Below are positions 17,997-31,855 of a stretch of 64,000 bases of DNA, piece by piece. How positions within the stretch are numbered: the first letter of the stretch is position 1; every line of letters starts with the position of its first letter. A program made the position numbers and the translations under genes. Below the pieces are notes generated by a model that was given only the letters and a program-made list of their open reading frames with translations, was not told the origin of the DNA and did no database searches. This stretch comes from an uncultured Candidatus Bathyarchaeia archaeon (lineage in GTDB: Archaea; Thermoproteota; Bathyarchaeia; 40CM-2-53-6): the NCBI GenBank assembly GCA_964649235.1, contig CAZYOZ010000002.1, positions 4,542 to 68,541 on the forward strand, read 5' to 3'.

Positions 17997-19442
17997 TCAG
18001 TAGGACTTGGCGAAGTAAACAGCTTTTGAATCAGGTTTGCCGCATTTGATACAACTGAACCGAGGCGTTTCGGCGGTGAGTGGAATTGTGCGTATTGTTG
18101 CTCCTGTATCTGCCTTTATTGCGTCTTCGCACTCAGTGCTGGAGCACCAGCAAGCCCGTATGAAGCCCCCTCGCTCTTCGAGAATCCTCTTGAAGTCCTC
18201 GTATTGATTCGATTCGCTGATGGATGCATCGAGTGTTGCTTTAGCTCTTCCGAACAGCTTGGCTTGGATGTCTTCAAGGTGCTTCCTGACTTCCCCCAAG
18301 GTCATTTCGTCGTTGACTGTAAGGCGTTGTGAATTGTCCCTCCTGACGATTGTAATCTGGTGTCTTTCGACATCGCGGGGGCCTATCTCAATGCGCAAAG
18401 GCACCCCTTTGAGTTCCCACTCGTTGAATTTCCATCCAGGAGTGTATTGTTCCCTGAAGTCGAGGTAGATTTGTATCTCATCCTTCGTGAGCAATTCGGC
18501 CACTTGACGTGCCTTGTCCGTGACTGAGGCGGCATCCGTCTCCTTGTAGTAGATGGGGACGATCACTGCTTGGATGGGCGCAATTGCAGGCGGCAGTACC
18601 AAGCCCTTGTCGTCGCCATGCAGCAATACCATCGCAGCGATTAGGCGCCATGAAACTCCCCACGAAGCGGTCCAAGCGTGGTGAGTCTCCTCGTCTTTTC
18701 CTAAGTACTTGATGTCAAAGGAAATTGCGAAGTTCTGTCCAAGGTTGTGCGATGTTCCCATTTGGATGGCCTTTCCATCAGGCATCATCGCCTCCAGTGT
18801 TGTTGTGTACAGCGCTCCGACGAACTTCTCACGTTCGCTTTTGTATCCTGTCAGCACGGGGACCGCCAACTGCTCTTCCATCAGCTGCCGGTAAATTTCG
18901 AGGATTAGCATCACTTCTTTATCCGCGTCCTCTTTGGTGGCATGAACAGTATGCCCTTCCTGCCATAGAAATTCAGACGTACGGATGAAAGGCCTCGTCG
19001 CTGTGATCTCGGCCCTGAGAACTGAGTTCCAGACATTGATGAGTATGGGTAAATCTCGCCAGCTGCGAACCCATCTAGAATACGAGTCGTATATTATGGT
19101 CTCTGAGGTGGGCCTGATCGCGAAGCGCTCAGATAATTCACGTGTGCCAGCTTGGGTTACCCAGAACACTTCCGGTGTAAAACCAGCGAAGTGTTCTGTC
19201 TCCTTTTTCAGAAAGCTTTCCGGAATGAGCAATGGGAAATATGCGTTGGAGTGGCCGGTTTCTTTCAGGCGTCCATCAAGATATTGTCTGATTCGTTCCC
19301 AGATGGCGAACCCGTAGGGTCTTAGGACCATGAAGCCTTTCATGGAAGAGTAGTCAGCGAGTTCTCCTTTGATGATGACTTGAGTATACCATTCCGATAG
19401 ATCTTCAGCCTTCTTCACAGTAATGCCTATTTCCTTACTCAT
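17997..19442 (-). CDS. proS: Prolyl-tRNA synthetase (archaeal/eukaryal type)
   Basis: 481 aa with class II motifs (FAIRPTSET, EFLWQEGHT) and a C-terminal zinc-binding domain ending in Y. Confidence 0.9.
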   Translation of the reverse strand: MSKEIGITVKKAEDLSEWYTQVIIKGELADYSSMKGFMVLRPYGFAIWERIRQYLDGRLKETGHSNAYFPLLIPESFLKKETEHFAGFTPEVFWVTQAGTRELSERFAIRPTSETIIYDSYSRWVRSWRDLPILINVWNSVLRAEITATRPFIRTSEFLWQEGHTVHATKEDADKEVMLILEIYRQLMEEQLAVPVLTGYKSEREKFVGALYTTTLEAMMPDGKAIQMGTSHNLGQNFAISFDIKYLGKDEETHHAWTASWGVSWRLIAAMVLLHGDDKGLVLPPAIAPIQAVIVPIYYKETDAASVTDKARQVAELLTKDEIQIYLDFREQYTPGWKFNEWELKGVPLRIEIGPRDVERHQITIVRRDNSQRLTVNDEMTLGEVRKHLEDIQAKLFGRAKATLDASISESNQYEDFKRILEERGGFIRACWCSSTECEDAIKADTGATIRTIPLTAETPRFSCIKCGKPDSKAVYFAKSY

Positions 19443-19598
19443 TCTTGGATCCCAAACAAAGTAGCTTTCGGTCTGCCGCGCTTACGTTAGGTCTCTGGAA
19501 CTAAAACACCCAAACAACTCATAGGCTGGCGCCTCGTCAGTTTGCTGTGCAACTGCGCTACGGCGTATTTAGTGTTTACTAAGAAAGGCGTGCGTGGT

Positions 19599-20063
19599 TC
19601 AGGCAATTTCCAGAGGGGCCGTCATAACTAAGCAGCTTACCGAACGGATCACTCTCTCTGTCACACTTCGCGTGAAGAGGCGTTTCCAGCCTTTCTTGGC
19701 CTGCCTCTTCATCAGGAACACAATCTGGTACGGTTCGTTCTCTGTTTCTGCGATAATCCCATCAGCAGCACTGCGAGCAACAGCAACTTTAGTCTCAACA
19801 ATCAAGCCTTGGTCAGCCAGCCACTTCGCCAACTCGCGGAGTTTTGCATCAGCCGTCTTGATCTGCTCACGATACGGTTCCGGCTCCAACGCTCCAGTAC
19901 GGCTGGGCACTTCGACGACATGAAACAGAATGACAATGGGCTTCTGAAATATGGACAGAATGTGAAGCGCTGTAGTGATCAGTTCCTTGCTGAAGAGATC
20001 ACCAATCGGAATAAGGATTTTGGCCGGCACTGCCAGCTCGGATCGCTCAACTGGCTTCGTCAT
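19599..20063 (-). CDS. Universal stress protein (UspA-family) domain protein
   Basis: 154 aa with a Usp-like alpha/beta pattern. It has a 4-nt overlap with the upstream gene. Confidence 0.6.
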   Translation of the reverse strand: MTKPVERSELAVPAKILIPIGDLFSKELITTALHILSIFQKPIVILFHVVEVPSRTGALEPEPYREQIKTADAKLRELAKWLADQGLIVETKVAVARSAADGIIAETENEPYQIVFLMKRQAKKGWKRLFTRSVTERVIRSVSCLVMTAPLEIA

Positions 20064-20329
20064 TCGGCAACCGGTTTCCCGTCTTTCTTCAACGAGTGAA
20101 TAATTATCATGGAATTTGTACCTTTGATGCCCTCAATCCTCAATATCCTGTGAGTCAGCTTCCTGAATTCCACTATTGACTCAGTATGAATTAAGGCAAC
20201 CAGATCATACTCGCCAGTTACTTCATAGAGGTCTGTCACTTCAGGAAACTTCTCGAGGGCTTGCGTTACTTTCTCAAGTTGCTGGGACTGCACGACCACG
20301 TTTAGAAGGACAAGAATACCATGCACCAA
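20060..20329 (-). CDS. Stand-alone Lrp/AsnC-type ligand-binding (RAM) domain protein
   Basis: 89 aa containing FPEVTDLYEVTGEYDLVALIH..., typical of the AsnC C-terminal domain. No HTH is present. Confidence 0.65.
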   Translation of the reverse strand: MVHGILVLLNVVVQSQQLEKVTQALEKFPEVTDLYEVTGEYDLVALIHTESIVEFRKLTHRILRIEGIKGTNSMIIIHSLKKDGKPVAE

Positions 20330-22255
20330 TCATCTAGACCTTCTTACTATCATAACCTTCCCAGGGTATTTAGATAGTAACGCAAGCGCTGAATCCTCTC
20401 GCTCCTTCTCAATGTGACGACGAATTGTCTTGCGCTTGATGAGAAGTATTACATCAGTTCTATCAGAACGAACTTCCTTATCCAATGCCTCTGTGTAAGG
20501 CCCGATCTCGACCTTCGGCGAAGCTTCATAACCCACAGACCGCAACCTCCGCGCAACAGACTGCAATTCCTCTTGTGTTTGAGCTTGGTACTGTTTAATC
20601 TGAGAGTAGTCACTCAAAAGGTCCGTACTCAGACCGAGTTCCGCGGGGTCGAGAATATTCAACAAGGTAATTCTAAACCGCTTGTCTAATGCTCCACGAA
20701 TTGACTCGACGATTTCATCCTCGTCTTCAGGTATTCGGACCAGTACTGAAGCATTCATGACGTAGCCGCCCGGCAGGATCCGTTTCCCTGTTTCAGCCGT
20801 AAGAATCGGCATGCGTTTCATTCTTCGCAGGGCTGCAAAGCCGATTACGCCGATTACTACCCAAGCAGTACCTAGAATTCTTCCCTCTTGATGGAACGTG
20901 AGGATGAGCAGCCACAGAATGGTGCAAGAGATTGCTCCCACAACGCTGATGACGGGCACATGTAGCTCTCGTCGACCCGTTTTGAAAGTTAATGTTCCAG
21001 GAATTTTCCACGCACGAAAGGCACCGGGTTCCTTGTTCCTGAGAACAATGAGGCAGACGTTGACCAAAATGTACGATAGAAGTGCCCCGTAATTGTAGAG
21101 GTCGGCAACGAAGGTCAGTTCGCCAACAAGAGCCAAGGCTATTCCTATGACACCAAAAACAACGATAGACCTGATAGGTGTCTTGAATTTGGGATGAACC
21201 TTGTAGAACCAGCGTGGAAGAAGGTCGAATCGTCCCATTGAGAATACGATGCGTGAAACGCCGATTACCCCTGTGTTCGTGGAAACATAGCAGATCGCGA
21301 AGCCCGTCGCGGCAACTATCGGCGCCAAGTAGGCTCCAATAACCGGGATATGAGCGGCTATCGCCCTGATGGGGTCATTTCGTGCTCCTGCGAGTTCCTG
21401 CCACCCCATCAGACCCATACTGACGGCGGATAGGCCAACGGCGAAAATGACAACTGAAACTATCGATAGCTTATTGGCACGAGGGATCCAACGGTCGGGA
21501 CGCCGAGTTTCTTCAGCAGCCTGCGCGATGGACTCGATGCCGATGAATGATGTCATTGCAATAGTGATGCCGTAAATGAAGTTCTGTTCCTGCACACCGA
21601 CGCTTGGCAGCGAATACACAATATTCGTGTGCACCGATGGGGATCCGAATGTCCATACTTGGCCTAGGAAACGTGAGATGGTGAAAGCCAACAGTAGGCC
21701 AAAGATGAGTACTATTGCCTCGACAACCAAATCGAGTGAAACTAGAACCTCGTTGAAGAATGAAGACTCTCGGATTCCGACTACATTAATGATGAGTAAT
21801 ATCGCGACCAAGAATCCGGCTGCCAATCCGATGTATGGAACGCTGACATTGATTCCGAGCAGAGTGGCGTTCCAGTGTCCATGGCCTATCCAGGGAACGA
21901 AGAAACTCAAGTAGCCGGCCGATGCGAGTGAGAAGAGTGCCATGTCGACCGTGTAGTCAAGCATGACAGCCCAACCGGCAACAAGTCCAGCCAAGTCATT
22001 GAACGCTTTCATTGCGTAGACATGTGCGCCGCCAGCGTAAGGGTAGGTCGTGGCAAGCTCAGAATACGCAAGGCCAGTGGCAATGTAGGTTATTGAGGCG
22101 ATTAGGAATGCAAGAGGTGAGGCGCCTGCCGCGAAGAGAGCAACCAGTCCAATGGCTACATAGATGTCGGCTCCAACATCAGCATACCCCATGGCGAAGG
22201 AGCCGTACCAACCAACCTCTCGCCGCAGTGTCTCTTTTTCGGCGCGTCCTGACAA
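20330..22255 (-). CDS. APC-superfamily amino-acid permease fused to a C-terminal Usp-like domain
   Basis: 641 aa with about 12 TM helices followed by a soluble tail of roughly 150 aa. The start is TTG. Confidence 0.75.
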   Translation of the reverse strand: MSGRAEKETLRREVGWYGSFAMGYADVGADIYVAIGLVALFAAGASPLAFLIASITYIATGLAYSELATTYPYAGGAHVYAMKAFNDLAGLVAGWAVMLDYTVDMALFSLASAGYLSFFVPWIGHGHWNATLLGINVSVPYIGLAAGFLVAILLIINVVGIRESSFFNEVLVSLDLVVEAIVLIFGLLLAFTISRFLGQVWTFGSPSVHTNIVYSLPSVGVQEQNFIYGITIAMTSFIGIESIAQAAEETRRPDRWIPRANKLSIVSVVIFAVGLSAVSMGLMGWQELAGARNDPIRAIAAHIPVIGAYLAPIVAATGFAICYVSTNTGVIGVSRIVFSMGRFDLLPRWFYKVHPKFKTPIRSIVVFGVIGIALALVGELTFVADLYNYGALLSYILVNVCLIVLRNKEPGAFRAWKIPGTLTFKTGRRELHVPVISVVGAISCTILWLLILTFHQEGRILGTAWVVIGVIGFAALRRMKRMPILTAETGKRILPGGYVMNASVLVRIPEDEDEIVESIRGALDKRFRITLLNILDPAELGLSTDLLSDYSQIKQYQAQTQEELQSVARRLRSVGYEASPKVEIGPYTEALDKEVRSDRTDVILLIKRKTIRRHIEKEREDSALALLSKYPGKVMIVRRSR

Positions 22256-22396
22256 GTTTCCACGATGCCTGAATGCCCCCTAACGTATCCGGTGGCATCG
22301 GCCTTTGAGGAGCAACCTACGTTTTAAGCTGTTTAGATGACTTCGCCCAACGCCTTTATTTTTGAATGAACATGCTGAGCTGATTGCGAAAAGCTG

Positions 22397-26609
<4,213 letters not shown>

Positions 26610-26738
26610 TTATGGCACCCCTTTGCGTGCTTGCTCAATTTTAGTGGGCTATTAGGTTTGCGAGAGCTAAAACTTGTCCCCCAAGCTTTCTGGGACTTGG
26701 GTTTCGTTTGAATCCAATACGACATACAGTGGAGTGAA

Positions 26739-27155
26739 TCACTTCTCGCCTATCAGCTGGAGGTTGATTGTGCGCCGTGAGCGCGGGCCGTCCAGTTCTA
26801 CCAAGAAGATGTTTTGCCATGTCCCTCTGGAAAGCCTCTGATTGATTACTGGAAAAGTCTTTGAATGGCCCAAGAACGACGCGGCCAAATGCGCGTCTGC
26901 ATTGTCGTCAATTTCGTTGTGAGCATAGTTTCCTGATGTAGGGAATAGTTGTTCGATCTGTGACAGGATGTCTCTGACAAGGCCACGCTCGTTTTCGTTT
27001 GCGATTATGGCTGCTGTAGCATGGGGGACGCTAATAACGCATAGGCCACTTGCCATTTGCCCAATACGTACGAATTCTTCAACTTCACGTGTTATGTCGA
27101 TGAGTTGCCTTCTATCGGACGAACTTATGCTCAGTGTCTTGCTTAGCACAAACAT
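26739..27155 (-). CDS. YjbQ/UPF0047 family protein (secondary thiamine-phosphate synthase family)
   Basis: 138 aa with QLIDITREV...GLCVISVPHATAAIIANE...DNADAHL, typical of UPF0047. Confidence 0.75.
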   Translation of the reverse strand: MFVLSKTLSISSSDRRQLIDITREVEEFVRIGQMASGLCVISVPHATAAIIANENERGLVRDILSQIEQLFPTSGNYAHNEIDDNADAHLAASFLGHSKTFPVINQRLSRGTWQNIFLVELDGPRSRRTINLQLIGEK

Positions 27156-27162
27156 TCAGCTG

Positions 27163-27220
27163 CACCGCTCCTAGCTAAGCGGTGTCAAAACACCAAGAAA
27201 AGGAAAGTGGAAAAAAGGAG
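27163..27220 (-). terminator. T-rich tract plus a 7-bp inverted repeat downstream of the cdv operon
   Basis: The minus strand after the stop at 27232 reads TTTTTTCCACTTTCCTTTTCTTGGTGTTTTGA, followed by the hairpin CACCGCT/AGCGGTG (27163-27184). Confidence 0.3.
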
Positions 27221-27231
27221 GAACGGAACGC

Positions 27232-27837
27232 TCACATTCTGGCTTCGTGGGTTGGTATGGGCGGCAGCTCTGGGAAGCGTTCTTTCATTTTCTGTTCTGC
27301 GACTGTGTTGGCTTCTTGAAGGATCCGTTGAGACTCTTCGCTTGAAGATGATATGTCGAATGACGTTTCGGATGCCTCTCCAACCTCGACGACTAGACCT
27401 TCCAGCGTTTCGTTGACTTCTGAAAGCTCAAGGGAGACTTCTGGAAGGACGCCCTCGAGTTGCGACTTCACCAGTCTGACCACGTTCGCAACGGGCCGCA
27501 TGGTGTATGCGATTTCGCCGAATTCCTCCACGGTCTCAAGCCTCAATGTGACCTGTTCAAGGGCTAGTTGACTGTGGAGTACTACCTTCGCCATTTTGCG
27601 GAGTTCGGCGCATTCGTTTGCGTACATGGAGGCAAGTTCGGTGTTCTTGCCTTGCAGTGCTAGGACGCACTTCCCGTAGAGGGCTTGGTCCCGTTGCTGC
27701 ATGTGGTAGGCTGTTCTCTCAAGCTTTCGCAGCTGTACCTTCAGTTTGAAGAGGCATTCGTTGATTCGTTGCTTTATCGGCGTCGGGTGTATTGCTTCTT
27801 TGAATCGTTTGGTCCAAGATGTTCTTTGCTTAAACAT
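27232..27837 (-). CDS. ESCRT-III (CdvB-family) paralog without a winged-helix tail
   Basis: 201 aa sharing ANECAELRKMAK, LALEQVTLRLETVEEFGEI and KERFPELP blocks with the other two paralogs. Confidence 0.85.
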   Translation of the reverse strand: MFKQRTSWTKRFKEAIHPTPIKQRINECLFKLKVQLRKLERTAYHMQQRDQALYGKCVLALQGKNTELASMYANECAELRKMAKVVLHSQLALEQVTLRLETVEEFGEIAYTMRPVANVVRLVKSQLEGVLPEVSLELSEVNETLEGLVVEVGEASETSFDISSSSEESQRILQEANTVAEQKMKERFPELPPIPTHEARM

Positions 27838-27842
27838 TTGTG

Positions 27843-28361
27843 TTATCCCCCCTTTGTGAGCGTTCCGTTCTTGCCGTCCTGAGTTTGGTTTGTCTCTCTT
27901 TCCTTTGCAAGGATTTTCAATAAGTTCCCCAGCCTCCCCTCTTCGTAGGTCCGAATTACTGACCCTGTGTATTCGATTTTGATATTCAGCGACCTCAGCT
28001 TGGCCATGAGCGTCTCGATTTCCGATTTGTTCTTCCCCACGAGGAAGACGAGGCTTTCAGGTTCCCCTAGTGAGCTGACTACCCTCACAGTTTGAGGGAT
28101 CGTTGCAATCTTCTCTATGATATCGTTTCTTTCGGCATCGTGAGGAAAGCTAGCCCCAACCAGAATCTGCTCCGTGACGCCCAGCTTCTCTAGGTCGATG
28201 GCAGTAGTGTAGTCCTTGATTATGCCTGCTCTCTCAAGCCTGTTCACACGGTATGCGACAACGTTTGGGTGAAGGCTGAGCTTTCGGCCGATTTCAGCGA
28301 AGGAAGATTTGGCGTTTTCTACAAGTTCGGCTAGGATCTTGAAATCAGTGGAATCTAGCAT
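27843..28361 (-). CDS. Lrp/AsnC-family transcriptional regulator embedded in the cdv operon
   Basis: 172 aa with an N-terminal HTH (DFKILAELVENAKSSFAEIGRKLSLHPNVVAYRVNRLERAGII) and a RAM-like domain. It is separated from the flanking cdv genes by 5-nt and 15-nt gaps. Confidence 0.85.
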   Translation of the reverse strand: MLDSTDFKILAELVENAKSSFAEIGRKLSLHPNVVAYRVNRLERAGIIKDYTTAIDLEKLGVTEQILVGASFPHDAERNDIIEKIATIPQTVRVVSSLGEPESLVFLVGKNKSEIETLMAKLRSLNIKIEYTGSVIRTYEEGRLGNLLKILAKERETNQTQDGKNGTLTKGG

Positions 28362-28376
28362 TCAATTATCATCCCA

Positions 28377-29531
28377 TTACAGAGCTTTGTAGCTCTCGTA
28401 CCACCTTTCGTACAGTCGAAGCATTTGGAGGGAGACACTCGGCTTGCGTTTCCCGAGGATCTCATGGATGTCGTCCATGGTTACCGGGCGCGCTTGGCCT
28501 TGACTTGACGAGTTGCTCTCGAAGACTTCGCGGGCGACTTTCATCTGCGCACTTTGGAAGATATCTCTGACGTCACTGCCCGAATAACCATCGGTGATTG
28601 CAGCAAAATCATTTTCGTTGACATCATCGGCTAGCCGGATGTCTCTTGCGTAGATTTCGAACATCTCGCGGCGTGCCTCACTTCCTGGAAGTGGAACGTA
28701 GATTCGCTTCTGGAAGCGCCGTATGAAGGGCTCGTCCAACGCCCAAGGTTTGTTCGTGGCACCAATCACATATACATGTGAGTGGCGTCTCTTGTCGAGC
28801 ACATTATCCATTTCTTTGAGAAATTGGTTCCTAGTTCTGACTTCGCCGCCAACTTCTTCTACCCTGGCGCCTGCGAGTGAGTCGATTTCGTCAATGAAGA
28901 TGATGGCCGGTTGTCCTTCTGAAGCCTGTTGGTGCGCGGCGGCGAAGAGTTCGGAAACGTTCTTTTCCGACTCCCCTAACCATTTGGACATTATTGAGGC
29001 GGCGTCGACACTGTAGAATACGGCATCTATCTCCGTCGCTATGGCGGCTGCCAAGAGAGTTTTTCCGCAGCCTGGTGGGCCAAAAAACAGTATGCCCCTG
29101 GGCCAACCAAGTGGGAATAAGTCGGGACGCTTGACTGGGAAGACAATGGATTCTTCAATTGCGTTCTTGGCGTCATACAGGTTAGCGATCTCATCCCACT
29201 TGACGTTCGGTTTCTCAGCGATAATGAGTTGTTCGAGCTTCGCTGCCTGCCTTGCGGGCGAACGATCACCATCATCGAAGTGTCCGTTCTGTTCCTTGAG
29301 TTCTTTGATGCGCCGCTTGTACGATTCGGCGTGCTGCATGTAGATTTTGTTCTGCGGTGCGTCTGGATACAGTGTGCACAGTTTAAGCAGTATCTCGACT
29401 GCTCGTTCGTAACGTGTTACCGCGTTTGTCCGTGCCCCTTGCCTGTCGAATTGGATTGCTTCGTTAGCACATTTTGCCGCCATTTGCTCGAGCTCTTCAG
29501 AAGCAGACATTTGCAAGGCGAGCTTCTCCAT
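28377..29531 (-). CDS. cdvC: Vps4-like AAA+ ATPase CdvC (MIT domain plus AAA)
   Basis: 384 aa with an N-terminal MIT-like helices region, Walker A GPPGCGKT and Walker B IIFIDEID. Confidence 0.92.
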   Translation of the reverse strand: MEKLALQMSASEELEQMAAKCANEAIQFDRQGARTNAVTRYERAVEILLKLCTLYPDAPQNKIYMQHAESYKRRIKELKEQNGHFDDGDRSPARQAAKLEQLIIAEKPNVKWDEIANLYDAKNAIEESIVFPVKRPDLFPLGWPRGILFFGPPGCGKTLLAAAIATEIDAVFYSVDAASIMSKWLGESEKNVSELFAAAHQQASEGQPAIIFIDEIDSLAGARVEEVGGEVRTRNQFLKEMDNVLDKRRHSHVYVIGATNKPWALDEPFIRRFQKRIYVPLPGSEARREMFEIYARDIRLADDVNENDFAAITDGYSGSDVRDIFQSAQMKVAREVFESNSSSQGQARPVTMDDIHEILGKRKPSVSLQMLRLYERWYESYKAL

Positions 29532-29541
29532 TATCGCTTGG

Positions 29542-30336
29542 CTACTGGATCACGATTCTTCCGGAGCTCTGCAATCTTTCGAGAGAAGTTCTGATTTGTT
29601 CAGGAGAAGTGTTCAGCTCTCGCGCACAGGTGTTGATGTTCATTTCGCCTTCATGGGCCTTGGCGTACTCGAAGACTTGCTCGTCAAAGTTTCCGTCAGG
29701 TTCCGACCCACCAGTTGCTGGCTCCATGATTGGGACTGGCTGTGTCGTGGCCGGAGTCTCAATTGATGGTAGGTCAGGGAAGTGGTCTCTCAGTTTTTCT
29801 TCTGCTATCAGTCCTGTTTCTTCGAGAACCTTCTTTGCTTCTGCGTCGCTTGTTTCGAGAGGCATGCTTGTGGTTGAGACTTCACCCACCTCTGTTGTTA
29901 GGTCGCCAAGCAGTCCGTTTACTTCGTCGAGTTCGTTTGCCACCTGCGGAACGATGCCGGCAATCTTTGATTTTGTTTCCTTGACGATCCCCATTACAGG
30001 GGCCATCTGTACCATGATGTCGCCGAATTCCTCGACGGTTTGGAGGCGGAGGATTACTTTCTCAAGTGCGAGCTGACTGCCGAGGACGATCTTCGCGATC
30101 TTCCTGATCTCGGCGCACTCGTTTGCGTAGATTTTTCCGTGAGCGAGGTCTTTCGAAACTTGGGCGCCAATACAGCGCTGGAAAAGCTCTGTATCACGTT
30201 GGTGTAGCTTTGTGTACATGTGGTCCAGTTTTTCGAGCTGAACGTTTAGCCGAAAGATTGCGTGAGCTATTCGCTCCTTAAGAGGAACGGGATGCAGTCT
30301 ATCCTCGAATTTTCTGATAATCGAGAAGGCTCCCAC
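29542..30336 (-). CDS. cdvB: ESCRT-III CdvB with a C-terminal winged-helix-like domain
   Basis: 264 aa. It has an ESCRT-III core homologous to the two paralogs plus a C-terminal extension (FEYAKAHEGEMNINTCARELNTSPEQIRTSLERLQSSGRIV). Confidence 0.88.
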   Translation of the reverse strand: MGAFSIIRKFEDRLHPVPLKERIAHAIFRLNVQLEKLDHMYTKLHQRDTELFQRCIGAQVSKDLAHGKIYANECAEIRKIAKIVLGSQLALEKVILRLQTVEEFGDIMVQMAPVMGIVKETKSKIAGIVPQVANELDEVNGLLGDLTTEVGEVSTTSMPLETSDAEAKKVLEETGLIAEEKLRDHFPDLPSIETPATTQPVPIMEPATGGSEPDGNFDEQVFEYAKAHEGEMNINTCARELNTSPEQIRTSLERLQSSGRIVIQ

Positions 30337-30343
30337 GCCCGAC

Positions 30344-31036
30344 CTATATTGGTGTGGGTTCGCGGACTTTGACTACAACAACATCTGGAACTTTTGTCGA
30401 GGGTGCAGGTGGGGGCTTCGGTGGCTCTGGTAATTCAAGGGAGTCGATTCCGTGTAGGCTCTCCCTAGTGTTTTCCACGTCCTTGCGTTCTTTTCGGGCG
30501 AGCTCAATTCCGGCTCGGATGGATTCCGTGACCTCTCGGTATGTCTGTTCGCCTATTTCTGACGAAGTGTAGAGCATCTTGTTGTTTGTCAGCGCGGTCT
30601 GCAGGTCTCTGATTTGGTGCTCCAGTTTCGTGTCGACCTCGTTGAGCGTGTCGACGACCCTGTCGCGTTTCACCTTGATTTCTTTCAGCAGGTCTTCGTA
30701 ACTACCTCTGAGTTGGTTGTATTCGGCTTGGTCGATGTCACCGTCCTTCAAGAGAAGGTCCAGTGCTTGCCTGCGTCGTCTGACGATGTCATGCTCCCTT
30801 CTGAGCTTCTCAGCTTCTACTCGCCAGCCCTGAAGAAGGACTGGTTGTCCATCCACTACGTTGATTGAGTCGATGGAGTACTGGTTTACTTCTCCGTTGC
30901 TTTGAACGACCTGAATTGCTTTGACTTCGTCCTTAATATCAGGGGTGAGGCCCACGAACTTTCCTACGGGCCGCCCCATGGCATCCTCTACAGTCTTCCC
31001 CAGGTGCTTGCCGATGTCTTCAACGGTAGTTGGCAT
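30344..31036 (-). CDS. cdvA: CdvA (PRC-barrel-like N-terminus, coiled coil, Pro-rich C-terminal tail)
   Basis: 230 aa. The N-terminus GKTVEDAMGRPVGKFVGL is followed by long heptad-like helices and a PEPPKPPPAPS...VVVVKV tail. Confidence 0.85.
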   Translation of the reverse strand: MPTTVEDIGKHLGKTVEDAMGRPVGKFVGLTPDIKDEVKAIQVVQSNGEVNQYSIDSINVVDGQPVLLQGWRVEAEKLRREHDIVRRRRQALDLLLKDGDIDQAEYNQLRGSYEDLLKEIKVKRDRVVDTLNEVDTKLEHQIRDLQTALTNNKMLYTSSEIGEQTYREVTESIRAGIELARKERKDVENTRESLHGIDSLELPEPPKPPPAPSTKVPDVVVVKVREPTPI

Positions 31037-31051
31037 TGTCTGTGCAAGCCC

Positions 31052-31726
31052 CTAGTGTGGGATGTTGGTTTCCCCGGTTCTCTCAGGAACCTGTGCTCCA
31101 CCAGCTGGTAGCTCTGGAAATCGCTCTTTCATGTGTTGCTCAGTTATTGCACTGGCTTCCGCAAGGATCCTTTGAGCTTCAGCGCTGGAGGCCTCGACAC
31201 CGATCTCCGAGCCTGTTGCTTCTCCCGCCTCAACGACCACACTGTTTAGGACTTCACCGATCTCGCCCAGTTCGAAGCCGACTTCGGGTATTACGCCTGA
31301 AATCTGGTTCTTTATTGAGTGGACCACGCTAGCTACCGGCCTCATCAAGCTCGCTATGTCGCCGAACTCTTCGATCGTCTCCAGTCTCAGAGAGACTTGT
31401 TCAAGGGCTAGCTGGCATTGCATGGTGACCTTTGCCATTTTGCGCACTTCTGCGCACTCGTTTGCGTACATTGCTGCTCGCGCAGGGTCGTGTGACACCT
31501 GGGAATTGACGCATTTTGCGAAGATGTCTCTGTCATGTTGCTGCATTCGGTTGGAAGCAGACTCAAGCTTGTTCTGCAGTACCCTTAGACGGTAGATGGC
31601 ATTGGCAACTTTCTCCTTGACGGGCGCCGAGTGGTGGAGCCTTCCCGTCATTCTCGAAAACAGCGGGTCGCTTGGTTCCCTGTCCCAGTCCTTTAGGAAT
31701 GAGTGATTCGTATTATACACCTCCAA
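31052..31726 (-). CDS. ESCRT-III (CdvB-family) paralog; first gene of the cdv operon
   Basis: 224 aa with ANECAEVRKMAK, LALEQVSLRLETIEEFGDI and KERFPELP blocks. Confidence 0.85.
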   Translation of the reverse strand: MEVYNTNHSFLKDWDREPSDPLFSRMTGRLHHSAPVKEKVANAIYRLRVLQNKLESASNRMQQHDRDIFAKCVNSQVSHDPARAAMYANECAEVRKMAKVTMQCQLALEQVSLRLETIEEFGDIASLMRPVASVVHSIKNQISGVIPEVGFELGEIGEVLNSVVVEAGEATGSEIGVEASSAEAQRILAEASAITEQHMKERFPELPAGGAQVPERTGETNIPH

Positions 31727-31785
31727 TTTGTGCTTACGACAATTCTCGTTGTTGCTTGTCCGTTCAAGAACGAATACTATTCAAA

Positions 31786-31855
31786 TTTCGTGAAAGAAAG
31801 CTGTCAAGAATTAGAGAGTCACCGAAATTAGTTTCTCATAATCGACTTTCGTGAA
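31786..31855. promoter_or_regulatory. Two TTTCGTGAA boxes 61 bp apart in the 315-bp region upstream of the cdv operon
   Basis: Exact 9-mers occur at 31786-31794 and 31847-31855. The degenerate relatives gaaacgcgaaa and ttgtgaaac lie nearby. Confidence 0.25.

Noticed and set aside
26610-26612. The in-frame TAA preceding the conserved OFOR N-terminus as a recoded or read-through stop (GTG-CCA-TAA-CTG).
   Set aside because: TAA is not a known Sec/Pyl codon. An SD at the correct spacing for the CTG, plus two analogous loci, makes CTG initiation or a base-call error the simpler explanation.
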